DNA of 56,303 nucleotides from Anaerolineae bacterium (GCA_034435295.1 DAOTYD010000239.1:1-56303); one strand, 5' to 3'. Numbered from the stretch's first letter, positions 8,612 through 17,861 are shown. The notes: a model not told the origin generated them from the letters alone. Made by a program: numbers and translations.

Positions 8612-10033
8612 CTATCCATGCGCTCCCAATCTCTGGCTTTGAATCTCCCATCCCAGCCTGCGCAGCACTTTGGCCGGCGTCACGCGGCGGACGCGCTGCC
8701 ACTGCTGCCGCGCCCAGCGCTTGAAGGCGTTGAACGGCCGACGGCGCTGGCTCTCGGCCATGGCCCAGCGCAAGAAATCGTAATCCTGCCCGCGAATCTT
8801 GGGCTCGGTCGGATTGCGCCGGTACGAGTCATAGTCGGTGATGCGGCTCAGATCATGCTCGACCACATAGTCGTACAGGTCAGTGCCGGGGTGCGGCGTG
8901 AAAAAGGCCGGGCTGTAATAATCCGGATCGATCTCTTTCATCAGCCGCACCGTCTCCAGCACCTCTTCTTTGGTCTCGGTGGGCAGGCCCATCATATAGT
9001 TGGCCCAGATGGCAACGCCGTACTTTTTGCAGATGCGCGCCGCCTGGCGGTTCTGCTCCACCGTCGTGCCCTTGCGGATGAACTTGAGCACGCGGTCGCT
9101 GCCGCTCTCGAAACCGATGAAATAGCCGCGCAGCCCGGCGCGGGCCATGCGCTCGACCATGTCCTCGTGCCTGACAATGATGTCGGCGCGGCTCTGGCAG
9201 AAAAAGGGCATGGTAAAGCCCTCGGCCACGTATTTTTCGGTGAACTCGGTCACCCAGTCGCGGTCTTCGGTCAGGCAGTCATCGTGGAACATGAACGAGG
9301 CCAGCCGGTAGCGGTCGACCAGATCGCGGATCTCGGCAATGACGTTGTCGACGCTGCGGCGGCGGGTACGCTTGCCGAAAAGATAGTCCTCGCCCGGCTT
9401 GCAAAAGCTACAGTTGTAGATACAGCCACGGCCAGCGATGATGGTGGCAAAAGGCGGCGGCAGTTCGGGCACAAAGGGCACTTCGGGCGAGTCCAGGTCA
9501 TAGCCCCACTTGCGCCACTCGTCGAGGAAGAGGTCGCGGTCGCTGAAGGGAATGGCGTCCAGGTCGGGCGCCTCGCCGCGCAGGACACGCTGCGCGGGTG
9601 GCCTGCCGTCGGCAATGGCGCGCAACAGGCGAGGGAAGGTGATCTCGCCCTCGTGCAGCACCAGATAGTCGACATGGGGGATACGCAGGCTGTCCTGCAG
9701 AGCGATGGTGACATGAGCGCCGCCGATGACGGTGATGACGTCGGGCTTGACCTCTTTGGCGATGGCGACGGCCTGACGGGCGGGGTTGTAATCGACGCTC
9801 ATCATCGTCACGCCGACCACATCGGGGTCGCGTTCGGCCAGCACCTGGCGAAAGTGGTCCCAACTGGAGAGCGCCCGCAGGTCGATCAGATCGACCGCAA
9901 AGCCTTCCGCTTTGGCAGCCGCACTGAGCGAGGCCAGGCCGTGCGAGATCCAGCCGGCCTCCATCCCCTGCCGCAGCGAGTTCCAACCCCGGCCCGCAAT
10001 GCCAGGATAGATCAGCGTCGTCTTGAGCGCCAT
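8612..10033 (-). CDS. B12-binding-domain radical SAM protein (class B), substrate unknown
   Basis: N-terminal cobalamin-binding Rossmann-like region (VGVTMMSVDY..VIGGAHVT). CxxxCxxC as GRGCIYNCSFC. Confidence 0.8.
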   Translation of the reverse strand: MALKTTLIYPGIAGRGWNSLRQGMEAGWISHGLASLSAAAKAEGFAVDLIDLRALSSWDHFRQVLAERDPDVVGVTMMSVDYNPARQAVAIAKEVKPDVITVIGGAHVTIALQDSLRIPHVDYLVLHEGEITFPRLLRAIADGRPPAQRVLRGEAPDLDAIPFSDRDLFLDEWRKWGYDLDSPEVPFVPELPPPFATIIAGRGCIYNCSFCKPGEDYLFGKRTRRRSVDNVIAEIRDLVDRYRLASFMFHDDCLTEDRDWVTEFTEKYVAEGFTMPFFCQSRADIIVRHEDMVERMARAGLRGYFIGFESGSDRVLKFIRKGTTVEQNRQAARICKKYGVAIWANYMMGLPTETKEEVLETVRLMKEIDPDYYSPAFFTPHPGTDLYDYVVEHDLSRITDYDSYRRNPTEPKIRGQDYDFLRWAMAESQRRRPFNAFKRWARQQWQRVRRVTPAKVLRRLGWEIQSQRLGAHG

Positions 10034-10046
10034 CGGCCTTCGAAGT

Positions 10047-10664
10047 TTATGCTGTCGGCAGCAAATAGACGCAGCGGCCTGGCTTTTCCATCTGCCGCTC
10101 GACCGCGCGCGCGTCGACGCCGGCCAGTTCGGCGATCATGCGCGCGCCGATCTCGCAGGTTGGCGGGTGATGGCGCGCGACGCGCCCGTAGGGACAGTTG
10201 GCTATGCGAATAGCCAGCCGGCCATCCTCGCTCTTCTCCAGTGAGGCCAGGTAACCCGTCTCGTTCATAAACGCGAGGGCAGCCGACAGACGCGCCTCGA
10301 AACCCTCGCCGACCGGCAGGTTCACGCCCGCGGCCAGGCGATGGGCTACGCTGCTGACCAGGCTCTCCATCTCCTCTGGCGACAGCCGCTCTTCCAACTC
10401 GGCCAGGAGCGCCTCGGCCAGGCGGTCATAACTCTTGGGGAACAGGTCATCCGCCTCCTCGGCCAGGCGATAGACGTGCTGCGGACGTCCAGGTCCGCCT
10501 TTGCGCACGGCCTTGGGCGGCGCGATGACCCCGTTGCGGCGCAGGACCTCCAGGTGATGGCGGACCGTGACCGCCGTCAGCTCCAACTCGCGGCTCAGGT
10601 CACCTACCGTGGCCTGCCCGCGCCGTTTGATGATCTCGAGAATTCGCTGGCGAGTTTCTTGCAT
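10047..10664 (-). CDS. ArsR/DeoR-type winged-helix regulator with a Cys-containing C-terminal domain (SufR-like)
   Basis: HTH ILEIIKRRGQATVGDLSRELELTAVTVRHHLEVL. C-terminal C-X12-C (NCPYGRVARHHPPTC) plus a third Cys. Confidence 0.6.
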   Translation of the reverse strand: MQETRQRILEIIKRRGQATVGDLSRELELTAVTVRHHLEVLRRNGVIAPPKAVRKGGPGRPQHVYRLAEEADDLFPKSYDRLAEALLAELEERLSPEEMESLVSSVAHRLAAGVNLPVGEGFEARLSAALAFMNETGYLASLEKSEDGRLAIRIANCPYGRVARHHPPTCEIGARMIAELAGVDARAVERQMEKPGRCVYLLPTA

Positions 10665-10682
10665 TTTTCACCCTCAGCGGCG

Positions 10683-10711
10683 ATTCTATCATATTGTAAA
10701 TGATTTGTCAA
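10683..10711 (-). promoter_or_regulatory. Sigma70-type promoter for the regulator/rSAM/hypDE transcription unit
   Basis: On the minus strand, TTGACA (10711-10706), a 17-nt spacer, then TAGAAT (10688-10683). It lies about 20 nt upstream of the start at 10664. Confidence 0.5.
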
Positions 10712-10719
10712 AAAAAGGT

Positions 10720-13098
10720 TTATCTGGCTTTTTCCAGCACCAGCCGCGCCGCTGCCTGGCGCTCCACTTGCTCGCGCGTCCACAGCATAGGGATGTACTC
10801 GCCCGCCAGCCACGGCGCGATCAGGTCATCATAGTGCGGGCTGCCCAGCCGCCCCGACTGCCCCGGCGCCAGCATCATCAGCGAGCGCGAGAGATCGCCC
10901 ATGTCGATGATCTGCCGGTACGACGGCGCCCACGCTTCGACCCCGTAGGGCGTTCGCGCCTTGAACGCCGTCTGGCAGACCGTGTCCGTGTCGCCGCCCA
11001 CAGGATAGGGCCCGCGGTTGAACACGCGGTCCAGCGGCGGCTGGATGCCCATCGCGTGGGGAAAGACAGCCTGGTGCAGCCGCCCCCAACGCCAGTCCTC
11101 CATCCGCGGCCCCAGCTTTTCGCTCAGCCAGCGCACTGCCTCGCCCAGGCTGCGCAGAAGCAGCGCCTGGCGCCCCCCAGCCTCTTGCAGCCAGGGCGAG
11201 TCCGCATCGCTGAGGATACGCAGCGCGGCCACCGTCGCGTGGCCGTAGAACTCGGTGCTGTGGTGCAGCAGCGGATGCGTGCCCTCGCCCATGAGCGCAT
11301 AGAAGAGATCCTCCCCCAGCGCCGATTCGAACAGATTGCGCACCAGGCGGTACAGCGTCACCTCGTACAGCGTCCCGCCGACGACCTCCGGGCCGAGGTC
11401 GCCGTCCCAGGAGCGCAGCGCCTCCAGCGCCGCCTGCACCGCCGGGTCGGGCGAAGACAGGCCGCGGAAATGCGCGGCAAACTCGAGGCCGGGGATGGAG
11501 TAGAAATCGCCGTGCAGAGCGCGGAAATCGGCCGGCGAGAGCACCCCTTTCTGCTCGAACACGTCGACCAGGCGGCGGGCGCGGTAGCCGTTCATCCACA
11601 GCGAACCCAGTTCGTAGGGGTAATCGTCCCCCACCAGGCGGTGGTTGCAGGAAATGACATAGCCCTGGGCAGGGTTGAGGGCATGCGGCATTGCCTCGAA
11701 GGGCACCTCGCCCACCCACTCGTACTCGCCGCTCCAGCCAGGCGAAGGCAGCATACCGCGCCCCTGCTGGCGCAGCGGCACCTTGCCCGTCACCCACAGG
11801 CCGATGTTGCCGGCGACGTCGGCATAGACGACGTTGAGCTGCGGCGCTTCGATCAGGCGCATCGCTTCCACAAAATCGTCCCAGCCGCTGGCGAGGTTCA
11901 ACTGGAACCAGCCCTGCACGATCGGCGCCGGCCGCAGGGCCATCGACTGCAGCGCCAGCCGCTGCTCCGGCGCGCCGATGACGTCGGAAACGACCGGGCC
12001 GTGGTGGGTGACGATCACCTCCTCGATATGCGGGCCGGCCTTGCCCTTGACGCCGATCTCTTCGCGCACGACCTGCGCCTGCCGCCACTCGCCGCGAAAC
12101 TCGTAGCGGCAGGGATCAGCCGGATCGAACTTTTCCACGTACAGGTCTTCGCAGTCGGTAAAGGCCAGCGTCATGCCCCAGGCGATGCGGGCGTTGTGGC
12201 CGACCAGGACCATAGGCACACCGGCGAGTGAGACGCCGCTGGCGTGGTAGAGCTCGCCCTGCGGCCCGGCGACGAGATGAACGGCGTACCAGATCGAGGG
12301 GAGCTGAAGCGCCAGGTGCATGTCGTTGCAAAGCATCGGCGCGCCCGTGCTCATGCGCGAGCCGGTGACGGCCCAGCCGTTGCTGCCCATCGCCCGGTTG
12401 AGGAACGGCCCGCGCAACGCCTCCAGCGCGCCGTCGACAGCAAGGCGGTTGAACTCGATGCCCTGCGGCAGGGTGAGCGGATTCTGCGGCGGGTAGTCGA
12501 TCTCCAGCTCGGCGGCGCGTGCGGGGCCGAGCCGCTCGATCAGCCGGGCGCGGACCAGTTCGCTGGCCCAGCCGTGCGAGAGGCTCCATGCCATCACCCG
12601 CGCCCAGGCCAGCGTGTCCAGCGGCGCCCACGGCTCGGGGCGGTGGCGCAGCAAGGCAAACTCGACCGGCAGGCGATCGCCCATCTCCTCCAGGCAGGCA
12701 TTGACCCCCGCCGCATACGCCTCCAGGTGGCCGCGCAACGACCCCAGCGCGACCAGGTCGGCCTCGGCCAGGCGGCGAAAGCCAAAGGTGCGGCTGAAGC
12801 GGTCTGTGTCGAGGGCCACCGGGCCGAAAAGCTCGGCCAGCCGTCCCATGGCAATGCGCCGGTTCAGCTCCATCTGCCACAGGCGATCCTGGGCGTGGAC
12901 AAACCCCTGGGCGAAGAAGAGGTCATCGAGGCCGGCAGCGTAGATGTGCGGCACTCCCCAGCGGTCGCGGACGATCTCGACGGGGGCGGACAGGCCCCCC
13001 AGACGCAGTGCACCATCGACCGGCAGCGCCCGACGGCGGTCGAGCGGCATCAGCACAGCGCGCAGCGCAGAACCAAGGGCTGAGTTGATAATGGACAT
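10720..13098 (-). CDS. Penicillin acylase-family Ntn hydrolase (peptidase S45)
   Basis: GVPHIYA, FAQGFVHAQDRLWQMEL, and the nucleophile region AMGSNGWAV. Confidence 0.85.
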   Translation of the reverse strand: MSIINSALGSALRAVLMPLDRRRALPVDGALRLGGLSAPVEIVRDRWGVPHIYAAGLDDLFFAQGFVHAQDRLWQMELNRRIAMGRLAELFGPVALDTDRFSRTFGFRRLAEADLVALGSLRGHLEAYAAGVNACLEEMGDRLPVEFALLRHRPEPWAPLDTLAWARVMAWSLSHGWASELVRARLIERLGPARAAELEIDYPPQNPLTLPQGIEFNRLAVDGALEALRGPFLNRAMGSNGWAVTGSRMSTGAPMLCNDMHLALQLPSIWYAVHLVAGPQGELYHASGVSLAGVPMVLVGHNARIAWGMTLAFTDCEDLYVEKFDPADPCRYEFRGEWRQAQVVREEIGVKGKAGPHIEEVIVTHHGPVVSDVIGAPEQRLALQSMALRPAPIVQGWFQLNLASGWDDFVEAMRLIEAPQLNVVYADVAGNIGLWVTGKVPLRQQGRGMLPSPGWSGEYEWVGEVPFEAMPHALNPAQGYVISCNHRLVGDDYPYELGSLWMNGYRARRLVDVFEQKGVLSPADFRALHGDFYSIPGLEFAAHFRGLSSPDPAVQAALEALRSWDGDLGPEVVGGTLYEVTLYRLVRNLFESALGEDLFYALMGEGTHPLLHHSTEFYGHATVAALRILSDADSPWLQEAGGRQALLLRSLGEAVRWLSEKLGPRMEDWRWGRLHQAVFPHAMGIQPPLDRVFNRGPYPVGGDTDTVCQTAFKARTPYGVEAWAPSYRQIIDMGDLSRSLMMLAPGQSGRLGSPHYDDLIAPWLAGEYIPMLWTREQVERQAAARLVLEKAR

Positions 13099-13110
13099 GG
13101 TTGCCTCCTC

Positions 13111-13133
13111 GCTTATCGCTTATCGCTTATCGC
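13111..13133. repeat. Heptamer tandem repeat (GCTTATC)x3
   Basis: gcttatcgcttatcgcttatcgc lies in the 5' UTR of the acylase gene. It belongs to the GCGATAA/GCGTATC family seen at 5 other loci. Confidence 0.8.
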
Positions 13134-13159
13134 AATTCGTGCCCAATTCGCGGCCTTCA

Positions 13160-13168
13160 TGGTATAAT
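13160..13168 (+). promoter_or_regulatory. Extended -10 promoter (TGgTATAAT), probably giving a leaderless mRNA
   Basis: TATAAT at 13163-13168 is preceded by TGG and lies only 7 nt before the ATG at 13176. No SD is possible. Confidence 0.4.
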
Positions 13169-13175
13169 CCCCGCT

Positions 13176-13781
13176 ATGAAAAAACCACAGCGCACCCATA
13201 TCTTTATCCTCATCGGCATCGCCGCCGTCGGCCTGGTTGCCGGCGTGATGGCGCTCAACGGCTATGGCCCCTTCCTCGACAGCCTGATCCGCGCCTGCGG
13301 CCTGTTGGGTTACCTGGCCGTCTTTCTCTCCTGCCTCTCCTCCGCCTTTTTGCGCCAGATGACGCGCGCTTTTGGACGGCCTTTCGTGCAGGTGCACCAC
13401 GTCTTTGCCGTGTCAGGGCTGGTTCTGCTCACCCTGCATGCCCTTGGCGTGGCCTGGAACGAGGGCAGTATAGCCGTCTTTGCGCCCCGCTTCGACTCGC
13501 TGCGCCTCTTCCTGGCGCTGGGCGGACGTCCGGCCCTGTGGCTGCTCGCCATCGGCTCGCTGGCGGCACTGCTGCGCAGCAGCCTGCGCGGGAGCTGGCG
13601 GCTGATCCACCGCCTGAATTACGTCGCCTTCCTGCTCGCCACCGCACACGGGCTCTTGATCGGCAGCGACCTGGGCCATGTAGTCGCCCGCGTGGTCGTG
13701 ATCGCCATGGCAGTGGGCCTGACCGCGGCGATCGGCTGGAAAAAAGCCCGGCAAGCGCGCCAGAAGGCCAGGCGTTCGTAG
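13176..13781 (+). CDS. Ferric-reductase-like (YedZ/MsrQ-type) haem-binding transmembrane protein
   Basis: Six hydrophobic helices. Conserved His pairs (VHHVFAVSG..LHALG; WRLIHRLNYVAFLLATAHG). Start trimmed to MKKPQRT. Confidence 0.6.
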   Translation: MKKPQRTHIFILIGIAAVGLVAGVMALNGYGPFLDSLIRACGLLGYLAVFLSCLSSAFLRQMTRAFGRPFVQVHHVFAVSGLVLLTLHALGVAWNEGSIAVFAPRFDSLRLFLALGGRPALWLLAIGSLAALLRSSLRGSWRLIHRLNYVAFLLATAHGLLIGSDLGHVVARVVVIAMAVGLTAAIGWKKARQARQKARRS

Positions 13782-13790
13782 CTCTTTTGA

Positions 13791-14669
13791 TCAGGTGCTG
13801 CGCCGCCCGACCAGGCCAGCCCCCACAGCCAGCTCCTGCGTCTCGCGGGTGATGGCCTGGCGACGGGCAGTCTGCACGGCCATCATCATCTCCTCGATCA
13901 GCCGCTCTGCGTTTTTGGTGGCGCCGTCCATCAACTGGTAGCGCATGGACTGCTCGGCAGCAGCCGACTCCAGCAACAGGTTGTAGAAGCGCACAGCAGC
14001 CCACTGGCCGACGACCTGGACATAGAGGCGCAGGGGGTCGGTCTCGACAATCGGCGGCGGCCAACTCACCTCGACCTGCCGCCTCATCTCCAGGCGGGGC
14101 GGGATCAGACGGATTATCTGCGGCGTAAAGAGGGCAGGGCCGCGATAGTGGTTGTAGATCACATCGACCGTGTCCAGCTCGTGCGCCTCATAGCGGGCCA
14201 GCCAGCGACGGGCCAGATCGAAGGCCAGCGACGGCGACGGCAGCGCCGTGACCGAGAGCGGCGCGCTCCACGCCGGGCGCCTGCCGCGCTGGCTCAGCAG
14301 GCGGACCGCGCGGCTGCCCAGCGCCAGCAGTTCCAGCCTCTCAACGGGCCGGGCGGCCAATTCCTCCAACGCCAGCTCAACAACGGCCTCGTTGAAGCGA
14401 CCGCAGAGGCCGCGCTCGCTGCCCACCACCACAACCACCTCCCGCGCCGGCTCGGGCACAGGGCGCTGCCGGGGCGCTGGCGGCACATCCAGGGCCGGCA
14501 GCAGCAACGGCAGGATGCTCAGCAGGCGTTCGCTGTAGCGGCGCGCGCCGCCAAGCTGACGCAGGGCCGCCCGCCAACTGCCCAGCGAAATCGTGCGCAG
14601 CGCGCTCAGAATAGGCTCTACAGCGCGGATGTTCCCCAGCCGCTCCTGCACGCGCTCCAGCTCTTCCAT
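13791..14669 (-). CDS. atpG: N-type ATPase gamma subunit
   Basis: MEELERVQERLGNIRAVEPILSALRTISL... and a C-terminal ITRETQELAVGA helix typical of F1 gamma. Confidence 0.85.
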   Translation of the reverse strand: MEELERVQERLGNIRAVEPILSALRTISLGSWRAALRQLGGARRYSERLLSILPLLLPALDVPPAPRQRPVPEPAREVVVVVGSERGLCGRFNEAVVELALEELAARPVERLELLALGSRAVRLLSQRGRRPAWSAPLSVTALPSPSLAFDLARRWLARYEAHELDTVDVIYNHYRGPALFTPQIIRLIPPRLEMRRQVEVSWPPPIVETDPLRLYVQVVGQWAAVRFYNLLLESAAAEQSMRYQLMDGATKNAERLIEEMMMAVQTARRQAITRETQELAVGAGLVGRRST

Positions 14670-14671
14670 CG

Positions 14672-15004
14672 CTAGTACATTTCCACCCGTTCCATCGACC
14701 AGATAAAGACTACCGCTCCGCCGATCTGGGCGCTGACCTCCATCCCAGGATAGACCAGCGGCGGGAACGCTGCCTCATCTCCCCCACCTGCTTCGATACG
14801 AACCTGCGAGTGGCAATTCTGACGGATAATTCCCAGCACCCGCTCGACATCCTGCTTTTTCACCGCGATAAAGAGCATGTACTGGGCCTGACGCAACATG
14901 CCGCCGCGGCTCTCTGTAAACGTCGCCGTAAAGCCCGCAGAGGTCAGGGCATCCAGAACGCGGTCTGCCTCATCCCGCGGGATGACAGCCAAGATCATTT
15001 TCAC
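14672..15004 (-). CDS. PII-like cyclic-di-AMP receptor family protein (DarA/PstA, DUF970)
   Basis: 110 aa, MKMILAVIPRDEADRVLDALTSAGFTATFTESRGGMLRQ...IGGAVVFIWSMERVEMY. It is colinear with B. subtilis DarA as I recall it. GTG start. Its stop lies 2 nt before the atpG start. Confidence 0.75.
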   Translation of the reverse strand: MKMILAVIPRDEADRVLDALTSAGFTATFTESRGGMLRQAQYMLFIAVKKQDVERVLGIIRQNCHSQVRIEAGGGDEAAFPPLVYPGMEVSAQIGGAVVFIWSMERVEMY

Positions 15005-15063
15005 AGTACTTTCCCCCTGATGAGCATCCTCGCCCCATCCTCACCCGCCTTCGGCGGCCTGCC

Positions 15064-15101
15064 CCCTCTCCGCTTGCGGGGAGAGGGCAGCGGCGCCGCT
15101 G
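15064..15101. repeat. REP-like hairpins in the atpA/darA-like spacer
   Basis: ccctctcc..ggagaggg stem (15064-15087) followed by the 14-nt palindrome cagcggcgccgctg (15088-15101). A related hairpin lies at 45391-45418. Confidence 0.6.
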
Positions 15102-15141
15102 CCGGGGAAGGGGTAGAAGGCAAGCTGTTTTCATAACAGGT

Positions 15142-16803
15142 TCAGTGATGGAGCCATTTCTGATGAAACCCGGCAATGGATTCGAGCAACGAAGCGCGCA
15201 GTTCTGCGGACAACTCGCAGGTCCGGTCGAGCTGATGGCATATACTGGGGTGACTGCCCTCGATGTGGGCGCGCAGTTCCCGCTCGTAACGCGGCACATC
15301 CTCCACCGCCACGCTGTCGAGAAAGCCCTCCGTCACCGCCAACAGGATGACGACCTGCTGATCGAGCGAGAGCGGCTGATGGGCGGGCTGGCTCAGCGCG
15401 GCCTGTAGCCGCTGACCGCGTCGAATCTGACGCCGTGTGGCCTCATCCACCTCAGTGCCAAAGCGAGCGAAAGCGGCCACCTCTTCGTACTGGGCCAGTT
15501 CCAGGCGCAGGCGACCCGCCACCGCGCGCATGGCTGGCGTCTGCGCCGCCCCGCCGACGCGCGAGACCGAGCGGCCAATGTCCACCGCCGGCCTGATTCC
15601 CCGGTTGAAGAGCGTCGCGTTGAGCACGATCTGGCCGTCAGTAATCGAGATGAGGTTGGTGGGGATGTAGGCTGCCACGTTGCCGCGCTGGGTCTCGACA
15701 ATGGGCAGCGCCGTCAACGACCCTCCACCGGCAGCCTCGTTCAGCTTGCAGGCGCGCTCCAGGAGGCGGGCGTGCAGGTAAAAGATATCACCGGGATAGG
15801 CCTCGCGGCCCGGCGGCCGGCGCAGCAGCAGGCTCAGCTCGCGATAGGCGTCAGCGTGCCTGGTCAGATCGTCATAGATGACCAGCACATCCCGCCCCTC
15901 GCGGGTCAGATACTCGGCCATCGTGCAACCAGCGTAGGGCGCCAGGTAGCGCAGGGCCGGCGGATCGTTGGGGCTGGCCATGACGACGATCGTGTGCGCC
16001 AGCGCGCCGCTACGGCGCAGCGTCTCCACCACCGCCAGCACGGTCGATTTTTTCTGGCCGATGGCGACATAGACACAAACCACGCCACTGTCACGCTGGT
16101 TGATGATGGCGTCGACCGCCAGCGTCGTCTTGCCGCTCTGCCGGTCGCCCAGGATCAGCTCGCGCTGGCCGCGGCCGATGGGCACCAGCGCGTCGATGAC
16201 CTTGGTGCCGGTGTGTAGCGGCTGCTTCACCGGCTCCCGGCTGACGATGGGCGGCGCATCCTGCTCCAGGTACTCGAACAACGTCGCCTGGATCGGCCCA
16301 CCGCCGTCCAGCGGCTGACCCAGCGGGTCAACCACGCGCCCCAGCAGCGAATGGCCCACCGGCACGCGCAGGCGCTCGCCCGTAGCTGTCACCAGGTCGC
16401 CGCCCTGGATGTTCTCCTCACTGCCGAGCAAGATCACATCGACATGGGCGTGGTCGAGGTTGAGCACCATCCCCTGCACGCCGGTGGGAAAGGTCACCAG
16501 TTCGTCCGTGCGAGCGCGCGGCAGCCCCGACAGCGTGGCCACGCCCTCGCCGATGTGCTGCACCGTGCCCACATCCTGGAAGCGGACCTGCGGCTCGATC
16601 TGTTCGACCTGACGGAGCAACTCGTCTACCAGGCGACCGACGCCAAACCTGGCCTGGGGCAGGTCGGGCAAAGCAGCAATGGTACGGCTCAGCAAGAGGA
16701 CCAGGTCAGCCGGCGAGAGGCCGTCAAGCTGCTCCTCCGCTACCTGCTCGCGCAGCTCGCGCAACAGCAAGGCCACATCAGGCCGCAGCGAACGCTCATT
16801 CAT
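15142..16803 (-). CDS. atpA: N-type ATPase alpha subunit
   Basis: Walker A GDRQSGKT. An N-terminal extension of about 45 aa precedes the beta-barrel (VGTVQHIGEGVATLSGL). Confidence 0.9.
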   Translation of the reverse strand: MNERSLRPDVALLLRELREQVAEEQLDGLSPADLVLLLSRTIAALPDLPQARFGVGRLVDELLRQVEQIEPQVRFQDVGTVQHIGEGVATLSGLPRARTDELVTFPTGVQGMVLNLDHAHVDVILLGSEENIQGGDLVTATGERLRVPVGHSLLGRVVDPLGQPLDGGGPIQATLFEYLEQDAPPIVSREPVKQPLHTGTKVIDALVPIGRGQRELILGDRQSGKTTLAVDAIINQRDSGVVCVYVAIGQKKSTVLAVVETLRRSGALAHTIVVMASPNDPPALRYLAPYAGCTMAEYLTREGRDVLVIYDDLTRHADAYRELSLLLRRPPGREAYPGDIFYLHARLLERACKLNEAAGGGSLTALPIVETQRGNVAAYIPTNLISITDGQIVLNATLFNRGIRPAVDIGRSVSRVGGAAQTPAMRAVAGRLRLELAQYEEVAAFARFGTEVDEATRRQIRRGQRLQAALSQPAHQPLSLDQQVVILLAVTEGFLDSVAVEDVPRYERELRAHIEGSHPSICHQLDRTCELSAELRASLLESIAGFHQKWLHH

Positions 16804-17578
16804 GGCCCAATCGTTCCCTGAGCGCCTTGAGCACGCTCTCGCGCAGCTCTGCCATCTGCCCGCCGATCGAGTTGTCGATGATCATATCGCCCAGACGGAC
16901 GCGGATGCCGGCCACCAGCGAGGGGTCGATCTTGAGCTCCAGGTTGACATGATGGTCGGCCAGAGCGGTCAAGGTCCGCGCGAGCTGGCCCTGCTGCTCT
17001 GGCGAGAGCGGCCGGACAGTGGTCACGTGAGCAACAGGAGTGCGCTCGCCCAGCGAGCGTCGGAACGCCTCGACGCGCTGGATCTCTGTGCGGCCCAGTT
17101 CCCAGACACGCTCATTGAGCTGCTCGACCAGGGTTTGGTGCAGGGAGGGAGAGGCCGTGCGCATCACCAGTTGACCGCTGACTGCCAGCACCGCGTCCAC
17201 CAATTGCTGGTAGGAATCTTCGAGCGCCTGCTGCTGGATGCGGTAGGCATCAGTGCGGGCTTCGACCAGGATACGCTCGACCTCGGCGCGGGCGGCACGC
17301 AGCAGTTCGTCATGCTCCAACTCTGCTTTCTCGTGCGCACGGGTCAGGATGGCATCTGCCTCCTGTTCCACGTTGGCCAGGCGGGTCTCCAGCTCTTCGC
17401 GGAGACGGGCAGCCTCCTGACGCTCTCGCTCGATATCTCGCATCAGCCGCTCTTTCTCTTCGGCCCGTTCTTTCACCCTCTTCGTTACCGGGCGGAAGAG
17501 AAAGCGGTAGAGCAAAAAGCTCAAGACGAGAAAATTGAAAATCTCGAACAGTATGGTGGCGATGTCCAGATCCAGCAT
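16796..17578 (-). CDS. atpF: N-type ATPase b subunit with a delta/OSCP-like C-terminal region
   Basis: N-terminal TM helix and long charged coiled coil. The C-terminus KIDPSLVAGIRVRLGDMIIDNSIGG resembles the delta C-terminus. Start trimmed to MLDLDIA. Confidence 0.7.
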   Translation of the reverse strand: MLDLDIATILFEIFNFLVLSFLLYRFLFRPVTKRVKERAEEKERLMRDIERERQEAARLREELETRLANVEQEADAILTRAHEKAELEHDELLRAARAEVERILVEARTDAYRIQQQALEDSYQQLVDAVLAVSGQLVMRTASPSLHQTLVEQLNERVWELGRTEIQRVEAFRRSLGERTPVAHVTTVRPLSPEQQGQLARTLTALADHHVNLELKIDPSLVAGIRVRLGDMIIDNSIGGQMAELRESVLKALRERLGHE

Positions 17579-17588
17579 ACGCCAACCT

Positions 17589-17861
17589 CTAGAAAAAACG
17601 GTCAAGCAGCGGGTTGGCAAAGATGAGGATCAGGACAATCAGCAGCACATAGATCGCCGTTGACTCGAGCAGAGCCATCGAAATGAGCAGCGTCGTGCGC
17701 AGGTTGCCCGCGACTTCGGGCTGGCGTGTCATGCCTTCCAGCGCCCGCTCCACCGCCCGCCCTTCGGCCAGGGCCGGCATAATGGTGCCCAAAACGATTC
17801 CAAAGCCGGCAACGATGATCGTTACCACGGTGACCAGAGTGCCCGGATCCATTTCCATCAT
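17589..17861 (-). CDS. atpE: N-type ATPase c subunit
   Basis: Hairpin with an RQPE loop. Helix 2 LLESTAIY. Glu in helix 1 (PALAEGRA). Confidence 0.85.
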   Translation of the reverse strand: MMEMDPGTLVTVVTIIVAGFGIVLGTIMPALAEGRAVERALEGMTRQPEVAGNLRTTLLISMALLESTAIYVLLIVLILIFANPLLDRFF

